A DNA stretch of 64,000 bases from Patescibacteria group bacterium (GCA_018814875.1 JAHIYH010000045.1:13316-77315), one strand, 5' to 3'; counted from the stretch's first letter, positions 1-10,720 are shown. Translations and numbers: made by a program. The notes: generated by a model not told the origin, from the letters alone.

Positions 1-1
1 G

Positions 2-2947
2 TTGGATGGAGGGCGTTTTGCAGCATCCGATTTGAATGATCTATATCGTCGTGTTATTAACAGAAATAATCGTTTGAAGAAATTGATGAGTATTGGTGCT
101 CCGGAGGTTATCTGTCGTAACGAAAAACGCATGTTACAGGAAGCGGTTGATACGCTACTTAATAACTCTGCAAGAGCTGGTAAGACGCTATTTACAGCAG
201 GGGACAGACGAAAACTGCGAAGCCTTTCCGATATGTTAAAAGGAAAACAAGGACGCTTCCGTCAGAATCTACTCGGAAAACGTGTGGACTATTCCGGACG
301 TAGTGTGATTGTTGTTGGTCCTGATTTGGGTCTACATCAGTGTGGACTTCCTAAGGGTATGGCAATGAAACTATTCAAGCCATTCGTGATTGGTCACATT
401 ATTCGCGATGAGTTAGCTCATAATGTAAAAGGAGCGGAACGACTTGTTCAGGAAGGTGGAAAAGAAGTCTGGGATATTTTGGAAAATGTAATCAAGGACA
501 AGTACGTGCTCCTTAACCGCGCACCGACTCTTCACCGTCTTGGTATTCAGGCGTTTATGCCCAAGCTAATCGAAGGTCTAGCTATCCAGATTCATCCACT
601 TGTGTGTGCAGCCTTTAATGCTGACTTTGATGGTGACCAAATGGCGGTTCACGTTCCGTTGTCAAAAAAAGCACAGCTTGAAGCTAAGGAACTGATGGCA
701 GCTAATACTAACGTACTCAAGCCTTCTGCGGGTGAACCAGTAATCAATCCATCGCAGGACATGGTGTTGGGATGTTATTTCCTTACTCAAGTGCATGATG
801 GAAAGAAGGGAGAGGGCATGATCTTCTCAAGTCCAGAAGAAGCATTTCTTGCACACGAGCAAGGCTATGTAGATCTACAGGCGCATGTGAAGATTCGCTT
901 CACAGATGAAGAAGGAAATCATGAAACGCACGAAACTTCCGTTGGGCGACTCTACTTTGATGAAATTGTTCCTGATGAATTGGGGTTTGTGAATGAGAAG
1001 CAAACAAAGAAGTCACTTTCCAATTTGGTGCGCAGGGCTCTGGATTTGGTTGGTAGCGAAGAGACAGTTGCATTTGCCGATCGAATCAAAGATATTGGAT
1101 TTAAGTATGCAACACTCTCCGGTGTTTCTATCGCAATTAGCGATATGGTCGTACCAGAAGAGAGAGAAAAAATGTTGGCAGCAGCAAACGAGAAAGTCCG
1201 ACTTATCAACAACTATTATTGGAAAGGTCTTATCACTTCTGATGAGCGTTACAGTCATGCTATTCAGACTTGGTCTCAGACTAAGAACGAAATTTCTAAT
1301 GTAATGATCGAGAACTTCCGAAAGCATGAAGAGAATGACATTACATATGTTATTGATTCCGGTGCTCGTGGTAACTGGGGACAGGTAACACAGCTGACGG
1401 GTATGAAAGGACTTGTAGCAAATCCGTCTGGTCGCACGATTGAGTTGCCTATTCAATCCAACCTCAAAACTGGATTCTCGGTGTTGGAATACTTCATTGC
1501 AACACATGGAGGACGTAAAGGAAAATCAGATACAGCTCTTAAAACAGCTGAGGCAGGATACCTCACACGTCGTCTAGTAGATGCGGTGCAGGATATTATC
1601 ATTCGCGAGGAAGATTGTGGTACAGATGAAGTTAACGTGGTGACACGCAAAGAATCAGAGGAGATTGGAGAAAAATTTGAAAGTAGAATCTTCGGTCGTA
1701 CTCTTGCGAGCGATCTAAATGTTGGAAAAGAAATGCTCGCGAAGCGCGATGACGAAATTAACGATGCTCTCATAGAGAAGATCCAAGAACATAATATTAA
1801 TGAAGTACCTGTGCGATCTGTCATGACGTGTCACACGCGTAAGGGTGTTTGTATTAAGTGCTACGGTCGTGATTTGGGAGACAACGAAACTGTTCGTATT
1901 GGAACACCTGTTGGTATCATTGCAGCACAATCTATTGGAGAGCCTGGAACACAGCTAACTATGCGCACGTTCCACATGGGAGGAGTTGCAGAAGGTGCGG
2001 ACATCACACAAGGTCTCACTCGTGTGGAAGAGCTCGTTGAAGCTCGATCACCTCGAACTCCAGCTATCCTTTCGGATATTGCTGGAAAGGTGAAGATAAG
2101 CCACCCAAGTGGAGGAACTACTGCCCATATTTTGGCAACGGAAAAAGGTCAAGATGAGTATCGCATTCCCGCCGGATACGAAGTGCAAGTGAAAAAAGGA
2201 CAGGCAGTAAAAGAACGCACAGTCATCGCCAAATCTTCTATGGATAAGTCTACAATCAAGGCAACAGTGTCTGGAAAGGTGATCGAGATAGAATATGGTG
2301 TGGTAAAGGTCAGGCATTCTGAGATTCAGGATCGTACATACGAATTCGGTGCACGTGAGTCACTACTAGTCAAAACCGGTGACGATGTAGAAGTTGGACA
2401 GCCGCTGAATATGGGGCACTTCAATCTTCAGGAACTTCTGGAGAAGAAAGGTATCATTGCGGTGCAGTGTTACATCATTAAAGAGGTGCAGAATATCTAC
2501 GCATCGCAGGGGCAAACCATTAACGACAAACACCTAGAGATAATCGTTCGAAAGATGTTCTCCAAGGTTCGCATTTTTGATGCAGGAGATACAGCATTCC
2601 TACCCGGAGAAACAGTTGATGTTGGCGAAGTTGATTACGAGAACCGACGATTAAGTGCTAAGAAGAAAAATGCAACTTATGAACATCTTCTCTTGGGTAT
2701 CACGCGTGCTGCGCTTGCTACGGATTCATGGCTTGCGGGTGCTTCTTTCCAAGAAACGATTCGTGTTCTTGTGGAAGCCGCCACCACACGTCGTGTGGAT
2801 ACATTGCAGGGACTTAAGGAGAACGTAATCATTGGACGCCTAATTCCAACAGGAGAAGTATATCGCAAGCGGTTTGTAGGAGAAGGTGAAGAGAATGAGG
2901 CTGAAGAGGAAATAGGACCAAGGGAAGTGAAGTCTGCAACTGAATAA
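2..2947 (+). CDS. rpoC: DNA-directed RNA polymerase subunit beta-prime, C-terminal ~980 aa (5' end outside window)
   Basis: ORF open to window edge; NADFDGDQM catalytic motif; typical beta-prime C-terminal domains; hairpin terminator follows. Confidence 0.97.
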   Translation: MDGGRFAASDLNDLYRRVINRNNRLKKLMSIGAPEVICRNEKRMLQEAVDTLLNNSARAGKTLFTAGDRRKLRSLSDMLKGKQGRFRQNLLGKRVDYSGRSVIVVGPDLGLHQCGLPKGMAMKLFKPFVIGHIIRDELAHNVKGAERLVQEGGKEVWDILENVIKDKYVLLNRAPTLHRLGIQAFMPKLIEGLAIQIHPLVCAAFNADFDGDQMAVHVPLSKKAQLEAKELMAANTNVLKPSAGEPVINPSQDMVLGCYFLTQVHDGKKGEGMIFSSPEEAFLAHEQGYVDLQAHVKIRFTDEEGNHETHETSVGRLYFDEIVPDELGFVNEKQTKKSLSNLVRRALDLVGSEETVAFADRIKDIGFKYATLSGVSIAISDMVVPEEREKMLAAANEKVRLINNYYWKGLITSDERYSHAIQTWSQTKNEISNVMIENFRKHEENDITYVIDSGARGNWGQVTQLTGMKGLVANPSGRTIELPIQSNLKTGFSVLEYFIATHGGRKGKSDTALKTAEAGYLTRRLVDAVQDIIIREEDCGTDEVNVVTRKESEEIGEKFESRIFGRTLASDLNVGKEMLAKRDDEINDALIEKIQEHNINEVPVRSVMTCHTRKGVCIKCYGRDLGDNETVRIGTPVGIIAAQSIGEPGTQLTMRTFHMGGVAEGADITQGLTRVEELVEARSPRTPAILSDIAGKVKISHPSGGTTAHILATEKGQDEYRIPAGYEVQVKKGQAVKERTVIAKSSMDKSTIKATVSGKVIEIEYGVVKVRHSEIQDRTYEFGARESLLVKTGDDVEVGQPLNMGHFNLQELLEKKGIIAVQCYIIKEVQNIYASQGQTINDKHLEIIVRKMFSKVRIFDAGDTAFLPGETVDVGEVDYENRRLSAKKKNATYEHLLLGITRAALATDSWLAGASFQETIRVLVEAATTRRVDTLQGLKENVIIGRLIPTGEVYRKRFVGEGEENEAEEEIGPREVKSATE

Positions 2948-2967
2948 GAGAATCGATGAAATCAATA

Positions 2968-3000
2968 AGCCAAGGGTTAAATACTCTTGGCTTTTTGGTT
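2968..3000 (+). terminator. rho-independent terminator after rpoC
   Basis: agccaag-N11-cttggct stem followed by TTTTGGTTT. Confidence 0.7.
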
Positions 3001-3053
3001 TAATTATCTTTCATTCTTTTTTGAACGATCAAAAAAGAACCAAAAAAATCGTT

Positions 3054-3191
3054 GGCAAACGCAAACTCGCTCGTCGCATAATACTCCTCTTGCGGTGTAG
3101 CTCGACAGAGACCCCGCTCCCTGCGGGGCCATCTGCTCGCGTTTGCATTCGCACAGAGCGTAAGCTCCTCTCTCAAACAGATGCGTTTGCC
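3054..3191. other. GC-rich structured intergenic element with alternative pairings
   Basis: ggcaaacgca (3054) can pair with tgcgtttgcc (3182) or with gcgtttgc (~3140); internal ccccgc-tccct-gcgggg and gagc-gtaa-gctc hairpins; visibly GC-richer than flanks. Confidence 0.35.
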
Positions 3192-3331
3192 ATGTCGTTT
3201 CTCTAGTATTTATGCCCTATAACCTAAACTAGCCCCTAGCTGCCTAGTTCCTAGCGCCTATTTAATCAGGATATTCAGGGCTTTTACAGTGGTTTCGTTA
3301 AATAGCAAAACATGCTATAATAAGAGAAAGA

Positions 3332-3670
3332 ATGGCTAAACAAACACAACAGCAAATACCTAGGCAAGAAATAATGAAACAGCTCTTTGATGGGTTGATG
3401 ATACAAATCGAGCCTGATCTTACGCATGAGAATCGTAAGGCAACTGCCAAGAAATTGGCAGCAATGTCCGAAGAAGAAAGACAGGAGGTTTTTAATGGCT
3501 ATCAAAAAGCATATGTGGCGTTTCGTGAATCTTGGCCAGAGTACTTAAAGATAGTTATGAAAAATATGAATGGCATTCAACAGTCAATAGAAGATGGTAT
3601 TGAGCAAAGTGAAGAAAAAGAAATGCAGTCGTTGGAAGATCAAATTAGTTCATCTCCTGAAGCATCATGA
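3332..3670 (+). CDS. hypothetical protein (112 aa, acidic C-terminus)
   Basis: clean ORF, 4-nt ATGA overlap with next ORF suggests translational coupling; no recognisable domain. Confidence 0.55.
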   Translation: MAKQTQQQIPRQEIMKQLFDGLMIQIEPDLTHENRKATAKKLAAMSEEERQEVFNGYQKAYVAFRESWPEYLKIVMKNMNGIQQSIEDGIEQSEEKEMQSLEDQISSSPEAS

Positions 3671-5292
3671 ATTTAGAGTCACGTCATAATTGGCATGAAT
3701 ACGATGCTATAAGAGAGAGCCGTCTTCTTAATAAAAATTTTGAACCCAAGATGACTTTTAATCTTGATCCGTATGAACCGGAGAAAAAGTATGATACGAG
3801 AGGAAATGAGGTTGATAATGAAGCAAGAGAACAAAGAAGCTGGACACGAAAGGAGTTTTCAGAGCATATGAAGAGTATTTTTGAGCATCATTATAATCAG
3901 CATAAGCAGTCTTCAGAGGATCTGGATGAAGCGGCTGAAGGGATGGGAATAGTACTCGATAAAATAGAAGAGGAAATATTCGAAAATAATGAAGAATTTC
4001 AGCGTGGATCTGCTGATTATTACAAGGCATATCAAAAAAGCTGGAAATTATATATGGATAATGCGAAATTTGATGCAAATAATTCAATTCTTAAATCAGG
4101 TGTATTTACACATAAAAAAGCTCCTGGTATTTACAAGAAAGGAAAACTTGTTGCCATCCCTGGTAATCTACCTTCCGGTGTAGGAACGAATTTTAATGCA
4201 CGTAGTGAGGTTGCGAGCGCGAATGTTAGAGAAATAGACGGAAAACCACGAGATTTAGATAGGGGATGGTTACTAAAAGAGTATGCGAATACAAAAGCAA
4301 CTCTTACAGGAATATGGAATAAGGAGAAATACCTCGAGAGTCATCCCGAAGCAACTGAGGAAGATTACAATCGTCTCTTAGAAAAGAGAGTATTCGAGAA
4401 AGCGAAATTTAGTGCAGATGATATTGCACTTTATAATCTTGAAAAGGAGCGTTATGTGGCACCACCTGAGCCGATTCTTGAACTGGGGAAATTGGAGGAT
4501 GCTGTAGATTTCCGTGATCGGGATGAGGTAGCAGAAGTTATGAGAAAAGCACTGGGTTTAAGCATTGACGATGAGAGCGATTTTAATAGTCAAATACATA
4601 TTGAAGAGCTAGAAGCAGAAAATAAACCGGAAGGTTATGCACAAGTGTTGACGTTCCGTACAAAGGGACCAAAACGTGAAGGTGAAGAAGTTAAAAGGCC
4701 GATTGATGGCTTGACATTAGTTGGACGTAAATTGGATAACACCAAAGAGGCAGAAGTGACTGTTCTAGATTTTAGGCAGATTGATGATCTTGCCAGTGAA
4801 GTAATTGGAGGAGATAAGGAAAAATTCTATTCTCATAGGGAACTCAAATTTCTGCATGATTGGTCAGATCAGTTGCAAAACAATGTTTTGAATCCACAAA
4901 TTTCTATAATTAGTGATGATGGTATAAATAACATTGCCTTAGTTCGTGGCATTATTGAACGCGGGAAAAGGCATAAGAAGATAGATAATTTTCTAGTAAG
5001 TAATAATAATAATTGGAAAGATAATGATTTTAGTACTAATGAAAATAAAATGAATACTTTTGTTGATAACATTAAGAAATTTGTTGAAGAGCAAGGTAAC
5101 CAAGAAGCTATGTGGGGAGATATTATAAAAGTATTACCTTCAAAGTTTGAAGGCAGAGTTGCAGAAGTAAAGACTGTGGCATTAATTAATGAGCTGGAAG
5201 CCTTAAGGATGTCTAATCCTTTGTATGCACAAGCACCAAAGGAAGAGAAAGAAGATGAAGAACCTGATGTGATAGCAATTGATACTGTTTAA
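3667..5292 (+). CDS. hypothetical protein (541 aa, charged, no recognisable domain)
   Basis: long uninterrupted ORF in AT-rich DNA; coupled to upstream ORF; ORFan to my eye. Confidence 0.7.
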   Translation: MNLESRHNWHEYDAIRESRLLNKNFEPKMTFNLDPYEPEKKYDTRGNEVDNEAREQRSWTRKEFSEHMKSIFEHHYNQHKQSSEDLDEAAEGMGIVLDKIEEEIFENNEEFQRGSADYYKAYQKSWKLYMDNAKFDANNSILKSGVFTHKKAPGIYKKGKLVAIPGNLPSGVGTNFNARSEVASANVREIDGKPRDLDRGWLLKEYANTKATLTGIWNKEKYLESHPEATEEDYNRLLEKRVFEKAKFSADDIALYNLEKERYVAPPEPILELGKLEDAVDFRDRDEVAEVMRKALGLSIDDESDFNSQIHIEELEAENKPEGYAQVLTFRTKGPKREGEEVKRPIDGLTLVGRKLDNTKEAEVTVLDFRQIDDLASEVIGGDKEKFYSHRELKFLHDWSDQLQNNVLNPQISIISDDGINNIALVRGIIERGKRHKKIDNFLVSNNNNWKDNDFSTNENKMNTFVDNIKKFVEEQGNQEAMWGDIIKVLPSKFEGRVAEVKTVALINELEALRMSNPLYAQAPKEEKEDEEPDVIAIDTV

Positions 5293-5360
5293 AAAACATA
5301 GTAAAACCCCCACCACCGACTAGCGATGGTGAGGATTTTGAGTGGGGGACAGTAACGTGA

Positions 5361-6356
5361 TTACATAGTGACGTACAGCTTCTTGCCGTCTTCGCCGGGA
5401 GTGTAGTACCTTGTTGGCTGGTTCGTTTCGTCGCAGTAAACCTTTACCCCGAGTCCTTTTTGATGCCATGCCGTAAAGATGGCGGCAAGTGCCAAGAAGT
5501 TGGGATTGGGTTTATTGACCCTCGTAAGGAGATTGTCCAGATCGTCGCCGAGTCCCTCGGGTATCGTTGTTTGATGCGATACCTTTTGCTTTAGGGTTTC
5601 AGCGAGATCGGCAATCTCTGTCTGATCTCTGCTGATCAACACTTTGCTGATGGCATCGAATTGTTCGCAGAGGACCGCCGTTTCTTCAACGGCAGCCGCC
5701 GGCTCGGCCGTATAGTCGTCCGGGCATACCATCGAAAGTACACGCACTGCTTCGAAGAACTCGACTCGTGCAGTTTTGCGCGCATTGGTCGCCGCTTCCA
5801 AGTCGGAGGTTATCTTTCCAAGATCGCCCCGATGACTCTCAATCCAAGGCTTCACTTCATCTAGCTTGCTGAAGTTGTACTTTTTCCTGACGGAAGCCTC
5901 GTATTCATCCAAGGCTTTTTGAGCGGCGGCTTGAGCTGAGCGTAGTTGCTCCACCTTTCCTAAGGCTTCTTGAGCAGTAGCTTGAGCTGAGCGTAGTTGC
6001 TCTAATTGAGCCTTCAGTTCTACGGCAGGGTCCGCGGCCGGAGCTTTGGGCTGTTCAGCAGCCGGAATTGGCTTTTGGTTGAACAGTTTGTCCGCTTGCT
6101 TTTTCCACGTCGCCGTAGTCTGGTTGAGATTATCAACCAACTTACTGTGTCTCGCTAGAGCTGACGATATCTCCTTGTACCGCTCTTGCGCCTCTTCCGC
6201 CTTTTTGTAGTCAGCTTTTGCCGACTCCAATTCCTCAAGCGCGGCCAACACTTCTTCTTGCACAGCAACCACTACTAGCTCTGGTACCTGTGCTGCTTGG
6301 ACTGCAGTGGCCAACATGGCGGCCAACAACGCGACGCTGCTAACGAAAGTCCTCAT
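5361..6356 (-). CDS. secreted coiled-coil protein, ORFan, compositionally atypical (GC-rich)
   Basis: N-terminal signal-like MRTFVSSVALLAAMLATAVQA; Ala/Glu/Gln-rich heptad-like repeats incl. duplicated QLRSAQA(T/A)AQ(E/K)AL; GC visibly above genome background. Confidence 0.7.
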   Translation of the reverse strand: MRTFVSSVALLAAMLATAVQAAQVPELVVVAVQEEVLAALEELESAKADYKKAEEAQERYKEISSALARHSKLVDNLNQTTATWKKQADKLFNQKPIPAAEQPKAPAADPAVELKAQLEQLRSAQATAQEALGKVEQLRSAQAAAQKALDEYEASVRKKYNFSKLDEVKPWIESHRGDLGKITSDLEAATNARKTARVEFFEAVRVLSMVCPDDYTAEPAAAVEETAVLCEQFDAISKVLISRDQTEIADLAETLKQKVSHQTTIPEGLGDDLDNLLTRVNKPNPNFLALAAIFTAWHQKGLGVKVYCDETNQPTRYYTPGEDGKKLYVTM

Positions 6357-6576
6357 CGATCTTCCTCCAAAAGGGGTGTAACGAAAGGGTGTAACGAAAA
6401 AAGTTTGTACTGTCTGCCCACACTGAATATCAATAGACCACTATAGCTACAAGCTGGGATCTACTGAAGGCAGCGTGGGTTTCTCCTCCAATTAAAGAGG
6501 AGACCCATGATGTGAATGGACAAAGGATGCGAAATATAGTATATAACAGCCTGTTTGTCAATACAGCTGCAAAAAA

Positions 6577-6747
6577 CCGGTCACTGACTCTGTAGCCGAC
6601 TGGTTCTATAAAGGGCTAAAGCCCAAAATACAAGTCGTTAACCCCGCGCTTACCTGTCGGCCATAGCCCATAGGCGAAGGCTGAAGCGCGGGGTTAACGC
6701 TAAAAAACTTGGGCTTTAGCCCATTTTCATGCAAACCCAGTGATCGG
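6577..6747. mobile_element. MITE-like palindromic element, copy 1
   Basis: terminal inverted repeats ccggtcactg / cagtgatcgg; long internal stem gggctaaagccc...gttaaccccgcgctt / aagcgcggggttaac...gggctttagccc; second inverted copy at 56671..56813. Confidence 0.6.
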
Positions 6748-6964
6748 TTTCATCTGCAATAAAGAGATGCAAAAAGAGATCAGGAGAAATTCAGTGTAGA
6801 CCTTACGACCTTACGACCCCTTACCTTTCTTGATATCTACTGAATTATCCTCTGATTCTCAAAAAGTATATGATTATTCCTTCGAATTCCTTTTGACTCT
6901 GCGCAATTCTCCGTATAGGATTTCTGAGTTGTTTTGGCTTGTAATGGTCGGAACAGAAATTTAT

Positions 6965-7006
6965 ATGCCCCTTCGTCCCGCTGCGGGACTCAGGGCAAGC
7001 CTCTAA
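6965..7006 (+). promoter_or_regulatory. 13-codon uORF (MPLRPAAGLRASL) created by a GC-rich CCTTCG element just upstream of rpsL
   Basis: atgcc start duplicated (tttatATGCC at 6962-6969 vs tttATGCC at 7019-7026); element ccttcgtcccgctgcgggactcagggcaagcc 6970..7001 lies between. Confidence 0.4.
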
Positions 7007-7021
7007 TCGTCAGTAATATTT

Positions 7022-7441
7022 ATGCCAACTGTTAACCAATTAATCCGTCGGCCACGCAAGAAAAAGCGCCAGAAGAGCAAAGCTCCTGCGCTACAGTACA
7101 CGTGGAATGCGCTCAAGATGCGTCAGGTACCTCTAAGAAAGGGTACTCCATTTAAGCGTGGGGTGTGTATAAAGGTAACAACCATGACCCCAAAGAAGCC
7201 AAACTCCGCTCTGCGAAAGATTGCTCGTGTGCGTCTTACCAATGGGCATGAAGTAAAGGCCTACATCATGGGAGAAGGACACAACCTCCAAGAGCACAGC
7301 GTTGTAATGGTTCGTGGAGGACGCGTAAAAGACCTTCCAGGTGTACGTTACCACATCGTTCGTGGAGTCCTAGATACCGAAGGTGTCCAGAATCGCAAAC
7401 AAGGAAGAAGTCGATACGGTGCTAAGAAGCCTAAATCTTAA
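7022..7441 (+). CDS. rpsL: 30S ribosomal protein S12
   Basis: MPTVNQLIR...[10 protein letters not shown] motif, length 139 aa, str-operon context. Confidence 0.98.
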   Translation: MPTVNQLIRRPRKKKRQKSKAPALQYTWNALKMRQVPLRKGTPFKRGVCIKVTTMTPKKPNSALRKIARVRLTNGHEVKAYIMGEGHNLQEHSVVMVRGGRVKDLPGVRYHIVRGVLDTEGVQNRKQGRSRYGAKKPKS

Positions 7442-7443
7442 CT

Positions 7444-7538
7444 ATTGCTCAATTGCTCCATTTTTCCATTGCTCGCAGGCGATTCTCAAAGCTGATTCAT
7501 CTGATTCCAACAATGGAACAATGAAACAATGGAACCAT
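7444..7538. repeat. hairpin with tandem-repeat arms (CAATGGAA-type 8-nt units)
   Basis: left arm attgctcaattgctccatttttccattgctc is complementary to right arm caacaatggaacaatgaaacaatggaacca; rpsL-rpsG spacer. Confidence 0.65.
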
Positions 7539-7562
7539 CAATTCTTACGATAATTTTCTCTC

Positions 7563-8015
7563 ATGGCCAAGCCTATCAAACAATACATCCCAAAAGATTC
7601 CGATCCTCTGATCGAGAAGTTCATTTGCTGCATGATGATGGGAGGCAAGAAGAGTATTGCGCGTAAGGTGTTTCAGGATTCTCTGGGAGTGATAAAAACG
7701 CGTACGAATGATGATCCAAAAGATATCTTCAATAAAGCTATCTTAAATGTCACTCCGCTTGTGGAAGTGCGTCCAAAGCGTGTAGGAGGTTCGGTGTATC
7801 AGGTTCCTACAGAAGTACCGCCAAAGCGACAGCAGGCACTCTCCATTCGCTGGATTATAAAAGCGGCCCGCGAACGTAAAGGTATGCCCATGTCGCAGAA
7901 GTTAGCTATGGAATTCCTAGATGCATCTGCAGACCAAGGAGCTGCAGTAAAAAAGAAACAGGATGTGTTGAGGATGGCACAGGCGAATAAGGCGTTTGCG
8001 CATCTTGCCAAGTAA
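7563..8015 (+). CDS. rpsG: 30S ribosomal protein S7
   Basis: S7 family sequence (VEVRPKRVGGSVYQVP), 150 aa, follows rpsL. Confidence 0.97.
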   Translation: MAKPIKQYIPKDSDPLIEKFICCMMMGGKKSIARKVFQDSLGVIKTRTNDDPKDIFNKAILNVTPLVEVRPKRVGGSVYQVPTEVPPKRQQALSIRWIIKAARERKGMPMSQKLAMEFLDASADQGAAVKKKQDVLRMAQANKAFAHLAK

Positions 8016-8040
8016 GGAAGGTAAAGAAGGTCAGGAAGGT
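8016..8040. repeat. left arm (GGTMARGAA)n flanking four-helix-bundle gene
   Basis: ggaaggtaaagaaggtcaggaaggt, reverse complement of the array at 8476..8535. Confidence 0.7.
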
Positions 8041-8429
8041 ATTGTTGTTACTGGAGTTTTTGAGCTGCACGACTTTATTAGTTTGAAAAGTAGAAATGAA
8101 ACACAGTTAAGTTGATCTAAGAGTTGTTTGTATATTTCTTCATTCAAATATCCTAAATCGCTCGCGAGTTCCAAAAAATTATCAACTTCTGCTGCAGATG
8201 CATATGCTCTTTCGTAATAGATCTTTCTGTGTGGGGCAGTGCTCATGCGTGATCCTTCAACAATTTGTGCCCCAATAGAACTTGCTGCACGTCGCAATTG
8301 GCTTGTGATACCGAATTTCTCTTCTTTAGGAAATGTAAGAGTTGCACGATAAATCATTAATGTGAATTTGTGTGATTCCTGCCATACGATCAGTTTTCTA
8401 AAGCCGTTCTTAAATTTCATATTTGACAT
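8031..8429 (-). CDS. four-helix-bundle protein (23S rRNA intervening-sequence protein family)
   Basis: LIVWQESHKF...QLRRAASSIGAQIVEG motif typical of this family; antisense to the rpsG-fusA transcription direction. Confidence 0.85.
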   Translation of the reverse strand: MSNMKFKNGFRKLIVWQESHKFTLMIYRATLTFPKEEKFGITSQLRRAASSIGAQIVEGSRMSTAPHRKIYYERAYASAAEVDNFLELASDLGYLNEEIYKQLLDQLNCVSFLLFKLIKSCSSKTPVTTIPS

Positions 8430-8475
8430 GTGTACAAACGTACACCCTATTCAGTTGTTGTGCAATAGAAAAATA

Positions 8476-8535
8476 CCTACTTTACCTTCCTTACCTTCTT
8501 TACCTTCTTTACCTTCTTTACTTTCCTTACCTTCT
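8476..8535. repeat. right arm (CCTTCTTTA/CCTTCCTTA)n flanking four-helix-bundle gene
   Basis: cctactttaccttccttaccttctttaccttctttaccttctttactttccttaccttc; 9-nt period. Confidence 0.7.
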
Positions 8536-8623
8536 CACGCAAATCCATTGCGTCAGACCCCCCTTTTCCGTATAGTTTCTCGGAATTCCCTTTGGGATTT
8601 CGCTTTCTTTTCCTGACTTCACA

Positions 8624-10720
8624 ATGGATCTAAAAAACGTACGAAATATTGGAATCATCGCTCATATCGATGCCGGAAAGACAACTACTACCGAGCGTGT
8701 TCTTTTTTATACAGGTATCAACTACAAAATTGGAGAGGTTCACGAAGGTGAAGCAACAATGGACTGGATGGAGCAGGAGCGTGAGCGTGGAATTACTATC
8801 ACGTCTGCAGCTACGCAGTGTCACTGGAAAGCAAAGAATGTAGAAGGGGAAGAAACAGAATGCATAATCAATATTATCGATACCCCAGGCCACGTAGACT
8901 TTACCGCAGAGGTAGAAAGGTCTCTTAGGGTTCTAGATGGAGGAATCGTCTTATTCGATGGTTCACAGGGCGTGGAGCCGCAGAGTGAAACCGTGTGGCG
9001 TCAGGCAGATAAGTACGATGTTCCACGTATGGCTTTTATCAACAAGATGGATAAAACAGGCGGGGATTTCTTTATGTCTATGGCCAGTATTCATGATCGC
9101 CTTAGTAAGGATGCTGTGGCAGTTCAGCTACCTATTGGTTCAGAGTCTGACTATAAAGGTGTGATAGATATCGTTGGCATGAAGGCTTACACATTTAGTG
9201 GAAAGATGGGAGAGCAGGTGGATGAAGTAGAGATTCCAAGTGATATGGCGGATCAAGTAACTGAATACAGATCACAACTTATGGAGAAGGTCGCTGAATG
9301 TGATGATGATTTGCTTGATGCCTACCTAGAGAATGGAGCACTTACAGATGAGCAACTCATTAAAGGTATTCGCATTGGTACGATATCTAGCAAGATATAT
9401 CCAGTATTCTGTGGTTCATCTCTTAAGAACGTTGGTGTACAGCCACTTCTAGATGCCGTTGTAGCGTATTTGCCTTCACCATTGGATATTCCTCCGGCTA
9501 AGGGGATCAATCCTGATACGGATGCAGAAGAAGAGCGAAAGCCTGATAATTCAGAGCATCTTTCTGCTCTTGCCTTTAAAATTGCAACCGATCCGTTTGT
9601 AGGCAAACTTACTTTCATCCGTGTTTATTCGGGAGTACTTAAGACAGGAGGATCTATTATGAATACTCGAACTTCAAGGAAGGAGCGCATTGGTAGGCTA
9701 GTAAAGATGCATGCCAATTCACGCAGCGAAGTTGATCAAGTGGAAGCAGGAGACATTGCAGCTGTTATTGGTCTGAAGGATTGTAGAACAGGCGATACGC
9801 TTTGTGATGGTGATCATCCAATTAGGCTCGAGTCCATCACATTTGCAGAGCCGGTTATTTCTGTTGCGGTTGAACCAAAGACCAAGCCAGATCAAGAGAA
9901 GATGGGTATAGCTTTGCAGAAACTTGCTGAAGAAGATCCAACATTCCGTGTGGAGTCGAATGAAGAGACGGGACAAGTAATTATCTCAGGAATGGGAGAG
10001 CTTCACTTAGACATTCTTGTTGATCGTATGAAGCGCGAATTCAAAGTGGAAACAAATGTTGGTAAGCCTCAAGTCGCTTATCGTGAGACTATTCAGAAAG
10101 AAGTGGATCATGATGAGAAGTACATTAAGCAGACTGGTGGTAAAGGACAATATGGACACGTTATCTTCAAGCTCATTCCTCAGGAGCCAGGTAAGGGATA
10201 TGAGTTCGTTAATCACGTTGTTGGAGGTAGGATTCCTAAGGAATACATCAAACCTTGTGATAAGGGATTCCAGGAAGGTATGAGTCGTGGAGTTTTGGCT
10301 GGCTATCCTTTGGTGGATATCATGGTCGATCTTTACGATGGTTCGTATCATGATGTGGACTCATCCGAAATGGCGTTTAAAACATGTTCCAGTATGGGTC
10401 TTCAGAATGCTGCTCGTAAGGCAGATCCAACTATTCTAGAACCTATTATGAAGATTGAGGTGGTTACACCAGAGGAATTCCTTGGAGATGTGATGGGTGA
10501 CCTAAACTCACGTCGTGGAATGATTCAGGATACAGGTGAGAGAGGTAATGCTAAAACGATTCTGGCAAATGTGCCTCTTGCTACGATGTTTGGATATGTA
10601 ACAGACCTTCGTTCTATGTCTCAGGGAAGAGCAAGTTCCACAATGGAATTTGGACACTACGACAAGGTTCCAAGGAATGTTGCCGATGAGATTGTTGCTA
10701 AGAGGGTGGGAAGAAAATAG
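8624..10720 (+). CDS. fusA: translation elongation factor G
   Basis: [10 protein letters not shown]1 motif, DTPGHVDF, full five-domain length (698 aa), str-operon position. Confidence 0.98.
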   Translation: MDLKNVRNIGIIAHIDAGKTTTTERVLFYTGINYKIGEVHEGEATMDWMEQERERGITITSAATQCHWKAKNVEGEETECIINIIDTPGHVDFTAEVERSLRVLDGGIVLFDGSQGVEPQSETVWRQADKYDVPRMAFINKMDKTGGDFFMSMASIHDRLSKDAVAVQLPIGSESDYKGVIDIVGMKAYTFSGKMGEQVDEVEIPSDMADQVTEYRSQLMEKVAECDDDLLDAYLENGALTDEQLIKGIRIGTISSKIYPVFCGSSLKNVGVQPLLDAVVAYLPSPLDIPPAKGINPDTDAEEERKPDNSEHLSALAFKIATDPFVGKLTFIRVYSGVLKTGGSIMNTRTSRKERIGRLVKMHANSRSEVDQVEAGDIAAVIGLKDCRTGDTLCDGDHPIRLESITFAEPVISVAVEPKTKPDQEKMGIALQKLAEEDPTFRVESNEETGQVIISGMGELHLDILVDRMKREFKVETNVGKPQVAYRETIQKEVDHDEKYIKQTGGKGQYGHVIFKLIPQEPGKGYEFVNHVVGGRIPKEYIKPCDKGFQEGMSRGVLAGYPLVDIMVDLYDGSYHDVDSSEMAFKTCSSMGLQNAARKADPTILEPIMKIEVVTPEEFLGDVMGDLNSRRGMIQDTGERGNAKTILANVPLATMFGYVTDLRSMSQGRASSTMEFGHYDKVPRNVADEIVAKRVGRK

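Noticed and set aside
5300-5360. Bidirectional terminator between the convergent 3667..5292 and 5361..6356 genes
   Set aside because: An acccccac...gtggggga inverted repeat exists, but neither strand has a convincing T-run. It was left uncalled.
8362-8616. ORF translating to LPSLPSLPSLPSLLSLPS
   Set aside because: It is a translation of the (CCTTCTTTA)n repeat arm, with no coding context. The same applies to 42433..42633 (PKNPKNPKK...), 47214..47547 (PFPFTFSPYPF...), 58191..58404 and the N-terminal extensions of 42528 and 63873.
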